Part shown: positions 24,201-36,066 of the stretch, piece by piece
Position numbering within the stretch: position 1 is the stretch's first letter
How the letters are laid out: each line of letters begins with the position of its first letter
Origin: Paramoeba atlantica
Lineage: Eukaryota > Protista > Discosea
DNA: 64,000 nucleotides
Assembly: GCA_977017575.1 (NCBI GenBank)
Contig: CDRNVI010000158.1
Span: 120,469 to 184,468, forward strand
Direction: 5' to 3'
Made by a program: the position numbers and the translations under genes
Notes under the pieces: generated by a model
What the model was told of the DNA's origin: nothing
Databases searched by the model: none
The model's input: the letters and a program-made list of their open reading frames with translations, nothing else

Positions 24201-27200
24201 TCTCCAAGTTCAAGTCGATCAGTTAAATCATAATAAGTGGTCACTCCAGTTCCTCCATTACTGACACTCAAAGGAGGTCCAATCCAAAGGTTATCTCCAA
24301 GATAATCATATGTTGAGAGATATCCAAGATTCAAATTGTAACGAGCATCAAGAACATTCGAAGCCTCAAAACCACCATTTTCGATTGAAAGGGGATCACC
24401 ACCGTAATAGAAATCCATCACATAATCCATGTAAGCCAACTCTCCAAGTTCAAGTCGATCAGTTAAATCATAATAAGTGGTCACTCCGGTTCCTCCATTG
24501 CTAACACTCAATGGGGGACCAATCCAAAGGTTATCTCCAAGATAATCATGTGTTGCAAGATACCCAAGATTCAAGTTGTAACGAGCATCAAGAATATTAG
24601 AAGCTTCAAAACCACCATTTTCGATTGAGAGTGGATCACCACCGTAATAGAAATCCATTACGTAATCTAAGTAAGCCAAATCTCCAAGTTCAAGTCGATC
24701 GGTAAGATCAAAATAAGTGCTCACACCAGTCCCACCATTGCTAACACTCAATGGGGGACCAATCCAAAGGTTATCTCCAAGATAATCATGTGTTGAAAGA
24801 TATCCAAGATTCAAGTTGTATCGAGCATCAATCACATTTGATGCCTCGAACCCACCATTTTCGATGCTGAGAGAGTCTCCACTCCATAAAGAATCACCAA
24901 CAACATCTAAAAAGGCAAGTTCTCCTAACTCGAAATTATCAACAACTTGTTCGAAAGTGTTGGCACCAGTACCACCGTTTTCGATTGAAAGAGGAGATCC
25001 AAGCCATTGTTCATTCCCAACGTAATCGAGAGTTGATAAAGCACCAAGAAGGAGATTGTAACGAGCATCAATCACATTTGATGCATCGAACCCACCATTT
25101 TCGATACTAAGAGAATCACCACTCCACAAAGAATCACCAACAACATCTAAAAAGGCAAGTTCTCCCAATTCAAAGTTATCAACAACTTGTTCGAAAGTAT
25201 TGGCACCAGTACCACCGTTTTCGATTGAAAGAGGAGATCCAAGCCATTGTTCATTCCCAACATAATCGAGAGTTGATAAATGACCAAGGAGAAGGTTGTA
25301 ACGAGCATCGATGATATTTGATGCCTCAAACCCACCATTCTCGACACTAAGAGAATCACCACTCCACAAAGAATCTCCAATAACATCTAAAAAGGCAAGT
25401 TCTCCTAACTCGAAATTGTCAACAACTTGTTCGAAAGTGTTGGCTCCAGTACCTCCATTTTCGATTGAAAGAGGAGCTCCAAGCCATTGTCCATTTCCAA
25501 CATAATCGAGAGTTGATAAAGCACCAAGATTCAAATTGTAACGAGCATCAATCACATTGGATGCTTCAAACCCACCATTTTCAATGCTGAGAGAATCACC
25601 ACTCCACAAAGAATCACCAACAACATCTAAAAAGGCAAGTTCTCCCAATTCAAAGTTATCAACAACTTGTTCAAAAGTATTGGCACCAGTTCCTCCATTT
25701 TCAATTGAAAGAGGAGATCCAAGCCATTGTTCATTCCCAACATAGTCAAGAGTTGATAAGGCACCAAGAAGGAGATTGTAACGAGCATCGATAATATTCG
25801 ATGCCTCAAACCCACCATTCTCGACACTAAGAGAATCGCCACCCCATAAAGAATCTCGAACAACATCTAAAAAGGCAAGTTCTCCTAACTCGAAATTGTC
25901 AACAGCCTCTTCAAAAGTGTTGGCTCCAGTTCCTCCATTTTCAATGGAAAGAGGAGCTCCAAGCCATTGGTCATTTCCAACAGCATCGAGAGTTGATAAA
26001 TAACCAAGAAGAAGATTGTAACGAGCATCAATCACATTTGATGCATCGAACCCACCATTTTCGATACTGAGAGAATCACCACTCCATAAAGAATCACCAA
26101 CAACATCTAAAAAGGCAAGTTCTCCCAATTCAAAGTTATCAACAACTTGTTCAAAAGTATTGGCACCAGTTCCTCCATTTTCAATTGAAAGAGGAGATCC
26201 AAGCCATTGTTCATTCCCAACATAATCAAGAGTTGATAAATGACCAAGAAGAAGATTGAAACGAGAATCGATCGCATTGTTTGCTTCGAGACCCCCATTG
26301 ACCATTGTGAGAGAATCACCAGACCAAAGATAGTCAGCAACTCCATCCACAAAAGCCATTTGACCAAGTTCGAAATTATCAACAGCTTGTTCGAGAGTGT
26401 TCGCACCAGTTCCTCCATTTTCAATGGAAAGAGGAGGTCCTAACCATTGTTCATTTCCAACATAATCAAAAGTCGCAAGAGCTCCAAGAAGTAGGTTGTA
26501 ACGAGAATCGATAATATTGGTAGCCTGAACGCCACCATTCTCAATACTCAGAGGCTCCCCACCCCACACAAAATCTGTTGCATAATCGAGATAAGCTAAC
26601 TCTCCAAGCTCAAGAGTATCACCAATCTCTTCAACAGAAGAGGAACCAGTTCCTCCATTCGCAACAGAAAGAGGAGGTCCTATCCAATTATTATCTCCAA
26701 TATAATCATACAGAGCCATTTGACCAAGAAGGAGATTGTAACGAGCATCCATCGCATTACTGGCATCAAGACCACCATCAACAAGAGGGAGGTTCTCTCC
26801 ACTCCAAAGCGCAGGCCGAATGGTATCTTCAAAAGCAAGAGCACCAAGAGCATCAACAGTCACTTGAATACCACTGATTTGCTGATTGAATTCAATTTCA
26901 TAATCGATTCCTTCAACAGAAGAGAGACCAAGACCTAAATTTCGACGAGCAGTTTCTTGTTCTCGACTTCCAGTCCCACCATTTAACAAACCAAGAGCAC
27001 GACCATTCCAATTGGAATCATCGATTGTGTCAAAACGAGCTAATCGACCCAACACGAGGTTTTGGCGTGCTTCTTCAGCTGTTGTTCCTCCAGTTCCACC
27101 ATGATTCAAACCAAGAGCTTTCACACTCCAATCATCATCAGAAACATAGTCTTTGAATCCAATTGTTCCAATTTGCATTGTTTGTTTCAGACCATCGATA

Positions 27201-28756
27201 GTATTTGAACCAGTACCTCCCCATTGGATTGGAAAAGGTAAATCTTCTTCAGTAAGTGATCGATACCCAGAAATGAAGAAATCCAAACGAGGTCCATTTC
27301 GAGGACGAGGAGGCCAGATATCAGGATCACACATTGCAGATTTCTTCCTTCTTAAGTCAGGAACAAAATCACTTCCATCTTCAACAACAATATCTGATGG
27401 ATCAAGATTCGAAATACGACCATCATTATCCAAATAAAAGTATGTATAATCCATTCCATCAGGCATTGTTGTGTGAAAAGGATCTTCAGACCATACATCA
27501 TCAGAACAATAAGGTAACAAAGAACAAGGAATTTCTTTCTTCGTATCTCCATAACTATTGTAAGGATAATACTCTTCAGTTGGGAATTGAATAGGAAACT
27601 CTGGCAAACAACATTGTTTTCTTCCTGTGATGGACTCGACCACTGCTTCGTCTCTGGCCGGGTCAGTTCTGTAATCAGCTCCTTGACGAGAATAACATCC
27701 AAACTCATCGAAAAAAGAGGCTTCTTCCCACCATTGAGGTAACAATGGACACTCGTTTGAAGAACAATCCTTATTCAGAAGACAAGGAATTGGAGTATTC
27801 AGGGGACAAAGGGCTGAAGAGGTACAATCTTCGACAGGTTCGTCAAAATCATAACCCTGATCGGTTGTAACAACCCAACTGTTTCGAAGAATACCATCTT
27901 CAGTAACATAGACAGGTCCTGCTGAAATTTCATTTCCTTCATATTCTTCCCCTCCAATCGTTGCAGTTCCACTACGGTACATCATACGAAGAGATTCTAT
28001 TATTTTGTTTAAAAAAAATTAATTTAACACACCCACACACAAAAGTTTATCTTTTAAAAAAACACCTATTTTTTCAATCGAAAAAAAGTGTGAAAAAAGA
28101 AAAGAAAAGTCGTACCAATGTCGTTTTTAACACTCCTGAGATCACCAGTAAATTGGACTGTGGAAAAAATAATTGTTTAGAGAACCACCAAAGAAAATTG
28201 TCTTCTATTTACGAATAAATAAATAACTTACCATAACGCAAATAATTAATCATTTCATAAGGCGTAATAAATTCAATCGATTCGTGGTAATATTCTTGTT
28301 CAATATCGTTCCTTTCATTTCAAAAAACAAAAATCAATTTTTTTCCAAAAAAATGGAAGAAAAAAAATGTCCAATAAAAAAAAAAAACACTAACCAATTG
28401 GTAATAGAAATTTCAGTGATTGGACAAGCAGCAGGATCATCAGAAACACAAAGAGCCTCATCTTCGGTTGGAAAAGACCAACTTCCAGTTGGAAGATTGA
28501 AAATAGCTTGCGGAATTGATTCATTTGATTCAATTCGATAATAAAACACATTTGTTGGTGCAGCTTCGTCAGGACCATTATCCTGAATTGTTAAGATACC
28601 CGCTTCGAGCCGAGAAACCAACACGAGTACAACAAGAAAAAAACCCAAAAATCGGAATAAAGAAGAAGAAGAATGATCCCAACGACGAAGATCACGTCCA
28701 CCACTTCCACCACCTCCACCACCATCAAAACCCAAACCAAGAAAAGAGAAAACCAT
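21242..28756 (-). CDS. Very large, probably secreted acidic repeat protein with phage tail-fibre-like NGGTG...ARxNLxLG repeats
   Basis: One intronless 2247-codon ORF (21242-27985) lies downstream of short intron-separated 5' exons. The first exon from ATG 28756 has a hydrophobic stretch FLGFFLVVLVLVSRLEA|G. A Cys-rich N-domain precedes 21 tandem 80-aa units and degenerate flanking units. Confidence 0.85.
21638..26677 (-). repeat. Coding tandem array of 21 x 240 bp (80 aa, each made of two related ~40-aa halves)
   Basis: Counted in the translation from PPLSVANGGTG (26677) to the codon before TPLSVTNGG (21637). The length is 5040 bp = 21 x 240, with no indels. Confidence 0.93.
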
Positions 28757-28992
28757 TTCTCTTCGCCAAAAAAGAAAACCACACACACCCAAAAAATCAA
28801 ACGTGAACCACCACCAACCAAGAAACCGAAAAACAACCGCCCGCAAAACGACAAAAAGGGGGCCATTTAAATAATGCCAAATTAGAGTAATTTTCACTCA
28901 GCTAAAATAGGGTTCTTTTTTTGAAAATTTTAGGTGTTTTGGTTGTCCTTTTTTCCAAACGACACCCTTCATTTTTTTTGTTTTTTTTTTTT

Positions 28993-29020
28993 CAAAACCA
29001 AGAGTGCACTCTTGGTTTTG
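28993..29020. repeat. Perfect 28-bp palindrome
   Basis: caaaaccaagagtg|cactcttggttttg is its own reverse complement. Confidence 0.92.
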
Positions 29021-29131
29021 TGTTTTTTTTGTGATGAACTCAAAAAATCTTCATTTTTATCTTTTTTCGAAAAATTCCTTGAAAAATCAAATTCTTTTGC
29101 AAAATCATGAAAATCATCTTCAGAAAATCCA

Positions 29132-29366
29132 CACTCCGCCCAAAATGCCCAAAAGATTTTTGAAATGGTCTTTGACCCCAATTGTTTGAACACTCTTTTA
29201 GATCTGGAGGAAAACACAACTTGAAATTCCGACCAACAATTTTGGTGACGTGTTTTTTTTTTCAAGGTTGTGTTTTCTTCCAGATCAAAAAGAGTGCCCA
29301 AACAATTGGGGTCAAACGACACCAAGGACCATTTCGAAAATCTTTTGGGCATTTTGGGCGTAGTGC
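29132..29366. repeat. Long imperfect inverted repeat (fold-back, ~95-105 bp arms, ~30 nt loop); MITE-like or hairpin-RNA-like
   Basis: Left arm cgcccaaaatgcccaaaagatttttgaaatggtc...gaaaacacaacttgaaa pairs with right arm ttcaaggttgtgttttc...gaaaatcttttgggcattttgggcg, with a few mismatches and one ~11-bp indel. Confidence 0.88.
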
Positions 29367-29394
29367 CAATTGAAAAAAGAAACCGAAAGAAGAA

Positions 29395-29735
29395 AAAAAA
29401 AAATGAAAATTTTTTTTCATGATTGGAGAAAACAAGGAGTTACCGGTGCCTTTTTGTGACCCTTTGCCCTTCGACGATTCGAAAAAGGCGATTAGGAACA
29501 CAGTTCGCCTTTTGGAATCAAACACCACAATTGGTCCTATTTCTCGGCGTCCTGTGTTAAAAAAAAAATGAAATTTTTTCCATTTTTTTTTTGAAAACAA
29601 GGCGTTACAGGTGCCTTTTTGTGCCCCTTTGCCCTTCGACGATTCGAAAAAGAGGAAAAGGAACACAGTTCGCCTTTTGGAATCAAACACCACAATTGGT
29701 CCTATTTCTCTCGGCGTCCTTTGTTGAAAAAAAAC
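29395..29735. repeat. Non-coding direct repeat, 2 copies, period 165 bp
   Basis: gaaaacaagg occurs at 29428 and 29593, each followed by near-identical gtgcctttttgtg...ggaacacagttcgccttttggaatcaaacaccacaattggtcctatttctc. Confidence 0.88.
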
Positions 29736-29904
29736 CGTTACTTATCGGAATCAAATAAGTTATCAAAAGTGCCACTACTTACTTAAATAAACTGTCATAA
29801 ATCCGAGCCAGATTTTTATACGCGTGGATAAATGACGAATTTTTGGCCCATCATTTTTTGGGTTTTTTTTCGTTTGCGGTTCCTTTCTTGTTGCGTCAGA
29901 GAAA

Positions 29905-32900
29905 ATGGCTTCTGTTTCCGAAACAGCTGCTAACGGGGAAAGGATCCAAGAGCTCTTCCCTGAAGAAAATGTAGGGCATCACTTCTTACAAATCTTCTAC
30001 CAGGCAGAAACCCTTCCTCATTTACTTTTGGAACTTGTCAAACACTATCCCGAGTTTCCGTACGCTCAAATCGTCGATAAACACGGGCATGATATCGCCT
30101 CTTCAAAACGAACCATCGCTCAAATCGCACATCAGGCTGTGGCTGTAGTCGAAGAACTTCAACGACAAAAAGTGAAAAGGGGAGATCGGGTGATGTTGGT
30201 CTTCTTTCCTTCTGTTGAGTTTCTCGTTGCTCTTTGGGCTTGTTTCATCGGAGGGTTCGTGGCTGTGACTGTTCCTCCACCCATCCGCCTCACCATTGAT
30301 CTGGTGAACTTTAATTCGTATGTTTCAAAAGCAGGAGCGAAGGTTGCTTTATCTCACAACGCTTATTTCAACTTTTCCACTTTTGGGTCCATTACAGATA
30401 CGATTAGTAATTTTATCTGGTCTGGTTCGAAGGTGAAGTGGCCAGCTTTCCTGGATTGGGTTTACATCGACAAAGTGTGTCAAGCAGCTTCAATCATTCC
30501 TCCTCATGATCATCTGATCGAAAGTGTTCAACAGTATGTCCAGCAAATCTCAAGAGACAGTTTAGCATACATGCAATTAACAAGCGGGAGCACTTCTCAG
30601 CCAAAGATGGTGATGATTCCCCACGACTCTGCAATCGATAATGTGATTATGATCACAAAGAGTAACATTCCTGGATTCATCAATTCACAATTGGATTACG
30701 TCAATTACACAAAGCAGAATTGCCCTTGGGTTCCTCGTAAGTTTGATTGGGTTCCAAAGAGACCACAGATTCCAGAGTATCATCGTTCGACAGTTTTATG
30801 GCCTCCACACTTCCATGATCTTTTTATCTTTCATCTCAGTTTAGCTGTTTCGATTTGTACGACCATCCGTTTGATGTCACCAGCAGACTTTATCGCGAAA
30901 CCGATGCTCTGGATGGAAGTTTGTAAACGAACGAACGCTACGCTGACGTGTACTCCGAATTTTGGGTTTGATTATCTAATTTCAAAATCAACGGAAAAAG
31001 AAAGGAAAGAATTTCTTGATTCTTGTTCTCCATCTTGGAAACTGTGTATCGCTCAAGGTGGTGAGCCAGTGAAAGACACTACCCTGAAAAACTTTTATAA
31101 AGCGTTCCCCGTCTTCAATGATCATTCTGTTTGGAATTCTTATGGAATGGCAGAAGCTGTCGCTGGAGTATCGGTTATGAAATTGGATAAACCGTTCTCA
31201 AGGTTGCAAGTTTCACAGAAAGGGCTTACCACAACAGGACAAAAAATCGCGTATGCCCGCGAAGGTGATCCTAACTCTCGTCCTTGTTACTCGTGTGGGC
31301 TCACTCGTTCGATTGTGCGACCTGGAGTTCCAGATAGTTACATCATTATTGTTGATCCTGATACTCTTGAAGAACTCCCCTTCCAACATATCGGAGAAGT
31401 TTGGGTCACTAGTTATACCTTTGGATCCGGATATTGGGGTTGGGATGAAGCTGATTCTGCACAAGTCTTTGGAGCAGTTCCGAAGTTGTGTCGTACCGTC
31501 CAAGATCGAAAGTATTTACGAACAGGTGACAGAGGTTTTGTTGATAATGGTCATGTTTATATCATTGGGAGGTATAAGAGTACACTCATTTTGCGAGGAA
31601 AATGTTTTGAACCAAGCGATATTGAATATTCTTTATGGAATAGCCATGATAGTCTTCGACCAGGTTGTACTGTCGCGCTATCTGTTCCCAATGATGCAAC
31701 AGGAACTGATGATCTTGTTTTAGTCACTGAGGTAAAAATCTCTTTTTTTTTTTTGAATCTCTCTCTCTTCTTCTTCTTATTTCTCTTTTTCCGACTGCTT
31801 TTTTTTTTCTTTCTTTTTTTTTTTGTCTTTGTGTGTGTCAGTTTTTTCTCTTTTTCTCTACTTTTTTTTTCACACCATTTTCTCCTCCAAAGGTTCGGGA
31901 TGAATCTCTTGATGCAGAAATTTTTGAAAAGATTGCTTTTCAAATGAGAGAGTCTCTTGGTTTTTCGTTTGGTCTTCTCTGTGCAGAGATTCTCTTTTAT
32001 GGTCCGAAAAAGGGAGTCTTGAAAACAACATCAGGAAAACCACGCCGAAACTTAATCCTTCAAAATTACGTTGAAAAGGCTTCTGAACCTCTCTATACTT
32101 CAAAATCTGATGCGCTCGACCTCCTCCCAATGGCTGAACTCGAAGAACAAGATCAGAGCCTCCCAGCTGATGCAGTTGAGAAAATCAAGAAAATGATGGA
32201 ACAACTGAGGCGAGGGACTAATGAAGAAGAAGAAGGAGAAGCCCAAAACGGGTATGCTGATCTTTTAGATGAGCCTCTCTCGAACTTCTCTGTAAGTTCG
32301 CAAGATATGATTCGAATTCAATCGATGATTCACACTGAATTTAAAGTTTATATCCCATCGGGAGTTCTTTTGCAAGTTGACCCCAATATGAGTGTTCGCC
32401 ACCTCTTCCTCGCTTGTGTCTTTAATAAGCCCTCCCCTACTTCCCCTACTTCCCCTACTTCCTCTGCCACCACACCCCCAAAACGAGTTTCTCGCTCTCC
32501 TCCTTCCTTCTCCGACACTCCTAATACCCCAACCTATGCTAACCAGCCTACCTTTACTTCTTCCTTTTCTTATTCTTCTCCTAAAGTTTCACCTCGAGCT
32601 TCACCCAAAAACTCTCCCGTAGCCCGAAGCTACGTCTCACCAAAAAGGAGCGTTGGGTCGACTTCCTCTCTAAGACGGGGCACCTCCCAGACTCCAGATC
32701 CTCAGGTACCCTCTGCAGGATCTCCAACCTCTCCCCCAAGTACCCCTCCTCGACAACAAGATCGACAACCTCGAACTGTGGGTACCAGTACCGGTTTTAT
32801 TCCAACTTCACCAATTCTCGGCCGTCTGAGCCGGAGCTCCACCTCCCAGGAGTCACTTTCAAGAGTTAAGTCCCCCGGAAGAAATTCACCAGCAAAGGTA

Positions 32901-33041
32901 CCTTTATCACCCAAAACCAACGGGGACTCTCATTCTCCCTCGATGTCAAGACAAGCTAGTTTAACACCCATGAAACCTTCATCCCAAATCCGAAAGGAGA
33001 AAAAAGACGAAAAAAGGGAGAGGAAAAACACTGCCAAATAA
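29905..33041 (+). CDS. Fatty acyl-AMP ligase (FAAL)-like adenylation enzyme with an ACP-like domain and Ser/Pro-rich tail
   Basis: Motifs AYMQLTSGSTSQPK, WPPHFHD, TPNFGFDY, GGEPV, SYGMAEA, IIIVDP, GEVWV...GYWG, YLRTGDRGF, GRYK...PSDIE and KTTSGK. One intron at ~31734-31892. The segment PLSNFSVSSQDMIRIQSMIHTEFKVYIP resembles a carrier protein. Confidence 0.85.
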
Positions 33042-33297
33042 ATAACTCAAAATTGTTTGAAAAAGAAACTTTCGTGGTGGGAATTGAACTTGTTGTCTAA
33101 AATCACACATTACAATTTTTCGCCACGTCAGCAGACTTTTTTCTTTTTTTGGAACGAGAGAGAAGATTGTCATTTTTCTGACGCTTTGGCGCAATGTGAT
33201 GGAAAACGGAATACTTTTTTGTTGGCTTTGGTTGAGTGGATATTTTCGTTTGTTTTCTTCTTCAAAAGAGAGAATTTTTGGTTTGAGAGTGTAAGAG

Positions 33298-36066
33298 ATG
33301 TCTTCTTCGATCAATCCGATCTTGTTGAGCGAGTTTGGAGCCGCATCATCTGTTATTCTGTCGATGGTTCTTCCTCCATTTCGGAGTGTGGGTGAGATTC
33401 TTGGAAAGAACAATCTTTTGGGAAACAACATCTCAATTGGAATCAATGATAGAATTGATGAAACGTTAAAAGTCTGGTTTGAGAACCTTCTCCAAATCGA
33501 CATTGTTGAGTTGTGGAGTCTTCTTTCTTTGGTTGGATTTTTGTTGTTTTTGGGGTATGGGACACAGACAAAACCGTTGAAATTGATTCGTCCTTTGATC
33601 TTTTTTATTGGATTTACTCCTTATTTTGCTCTTTTGTCTCTTCTTTTGTTTGGGTGTTGGTTCTTTGGGGTCCCTCCTTCGTTATCTTTGCGTTTTGCGT
33701 TCAACTCTGGTTTGTTTTTTCTCTTTTTTGGTTCTCCTTTTCTTTTCTTTTTTTGATTTTTTTTTTGTTTTAGGGATTTCTTGTTGGGTTATTTGGGCAA
33801 CAGTAGTTTTTAAAAATTATTTGGATGAACTCTTTTGGAGTGGAGTCCCTTCTCTCCCACTCATCGGAAGTCTTCCATCCTTAATCAATGCAATTGAAAC
33901 CTTTCAGAAACACCAGTTTACGGTAAATAGTTCTCTCATTTGTGTTGTTTTGAAATTTCCTTTGACTCAATATTTTCTTTCTTTTTCTCTCCTTAGCAAC
34001 AAACTATCGAAAAGTATGGGATGTCCGTTCCAATGAGGATTGGTGATCTTAAAGAGAACATTCTTGCTGACCCAACAGATGTGGAATACATATTAAAGAC
34101 AAACCACAAAAACTTTGTGAAAGGGCCTTTGATCAAGTATGATTTTTTTGATTCTTTTTTTTTTCTTGAAGAGAGAGTGAAAGTGAACTTAACTTTTTTT
34201 TTTTCATGAAACAGAGATATTTTCATGGAACTTTTGGGTGATGGAATTTTTAATGCTGATGGTCATTTATGGTATGAACAAAGAAAAACAGCATCGAAAG
34301 AATTCAGGTTCTTTTTTTTTGTTTCCTCTCTTTTTTACAGTAAAGATTCAGAAAAAGATATTGATATTTGAATTTTTGTAGTGTTGGTAAGTTTCGAAAT
34401 TATATGGTGAGGGTGTTTGGAGATCATGCTGAATCTGTTCTTCAATGTATTGAACTTCCTGCTCAGTTCTCTTTTCTTCTTTCTTTTCAAAGAGTTTTCT
34501 TTTTCAATCTTTTCTTTTTCTAACAAGAACCAAACAGAACAAAGGAAACTATTGATATTCAAGATATCTTCTTTCGATTTACTTTTGATTCCTTTAGCGA
34601 TTTAGCTTTTGGAGCGAGTGTTCGGAGTGTTGAAGCCAAAAAGGACGCACAGCCTCCATTTGCTCATGCTTTTGATCAAGCGAATATTATTGTTGCCAAT
34701 CGGTTCATTTTCTTTTTTCCTTCTTCACTTTTAATATTTTGACTCACAAAAATGAAAAATTAGATTACCTGACCCTTTTCGAGATTTGAAGAAAATGTTA
34801 AATATTGGATCAGAGAGAGAATTAGTTGAACACATCAAAGTAATTGATGAATTTATTTACTCCATTATTGAAGAAAGAAAAAAGCTCAGTCCTGAAAAGT
34901 TGGAGTTAAAAGAAGACTTTTTATCTCGGTTCATGCGAATGAGCGACCCCACAACCACGGTACCTCCCCCCACATTTTTTATTCTTGATTCTTTTTTCCA
35001 ATTTTAATTTGTTGAAAATAGGGAAAAATGGCATCTGACAAATATTTGAGAGATCTGGTGGTTAATTTTATGATTGCTGGACGAGATACGACTGCTTCTG
35101 GTCTTTCTTGGACCATCTATGAGCTCTGCCAACATCCCCAGGTTAGATCTTTTTCTTTTTCTTTTTCTTTTTTGTTTATATCTTACCCTTCCTTATTCTT
35201 GTGTTTTAGGTTGTGAAAAAGATCCGGGACGAGATTGAATCTATTCTCGGAGAATCAGGTTTGAGCTTGTATTTTGTCTTTTGTACTTCCCTCATTTTTG
35301 ATTAAGTGTTTTTGATGAACAGAAGAGGGTAGTCAAGCGATGAAACCAACTTACGATCAATTGAAAGAAATGCACTATCTTCATGGTGTCGTTTCTGAAG
35401 CTCTCCGCTTGCATCCTCCTGTCCCTCATGATGGAAAGTTTGTTGTTGAAGATGATATCTTACCCAGTGGCCTAAAAGTTTATGTTTGTTATTTTCCAAG
35501 ATTTTTTTTGCTCCTCATCTTTGGTGTATTTTCTGAATATATTATTTACAATTCCAAATAGGCTGGAGATCTTACCTCTTTTACTCCTTACGCAATGGGG
35601 CGGCATCCTAAACTTTGGGAAGATCCTCTTACTTTTAACCCAGATCGTTGGCTTGAAAATGGTTCTTTTTTGCTTTGTTTTTTTGCAATTATCTGTTCTG
35701 ACTAAAAAAATGATTCTTTTTTAGGGAAATTCAAAAGAGTTTCACCGTACAAATTCTCAGTTTTCCAAGGTATTTGAGTTAACTATTGTTATGGATGTAT
35801 CTGTCATGTGGTGATTCTTTTGTGTTGTGAGAAAAAAAAAGAATTCTGTGTTTTTGATCTAAACAAATTTTCGATTTCTTTAAATAGCTGGACCAAGACA
35901 ATGTTTGGGAGTGGATATGTCATACTTGGAAGCAAAATTAATGTTGGTGATGCTTCTTCAAAAATATGACTTTCAACTCGCAGTTGATCCTTCAGAAGTG
36001 AAGAACTCAGTTGGGTTAACCATGTCCGCTGCCACAGGCATCCCAGTCACACTCGCCTTCCGTTAA
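33298..36066 (+). CDS. Cytochrome P450 (CYP86/94/704-clan-like) with a multi-TM N-terminal extension
   Basis: Motifs [43 protein letters not shown] and heme AGPRQCLG. Many short introns; stop TAA at 36064-36066. Confidence 0.9.

Noticed and set aside
21638-26677. CRISPR-like or satellite interpretation of the regular repeats
   Set aside because: There is no repeat-spacer alternation. The whole 240-bp unit is coding with synonymous variation, and no cas genes are present.
29490-29690. cgccttttgg in the 165-bp repeats resembles the U5 snRNA loop I
   Set aside because: It lacks the invariant GCCUUUUAC, the closing stem and an Sm site.
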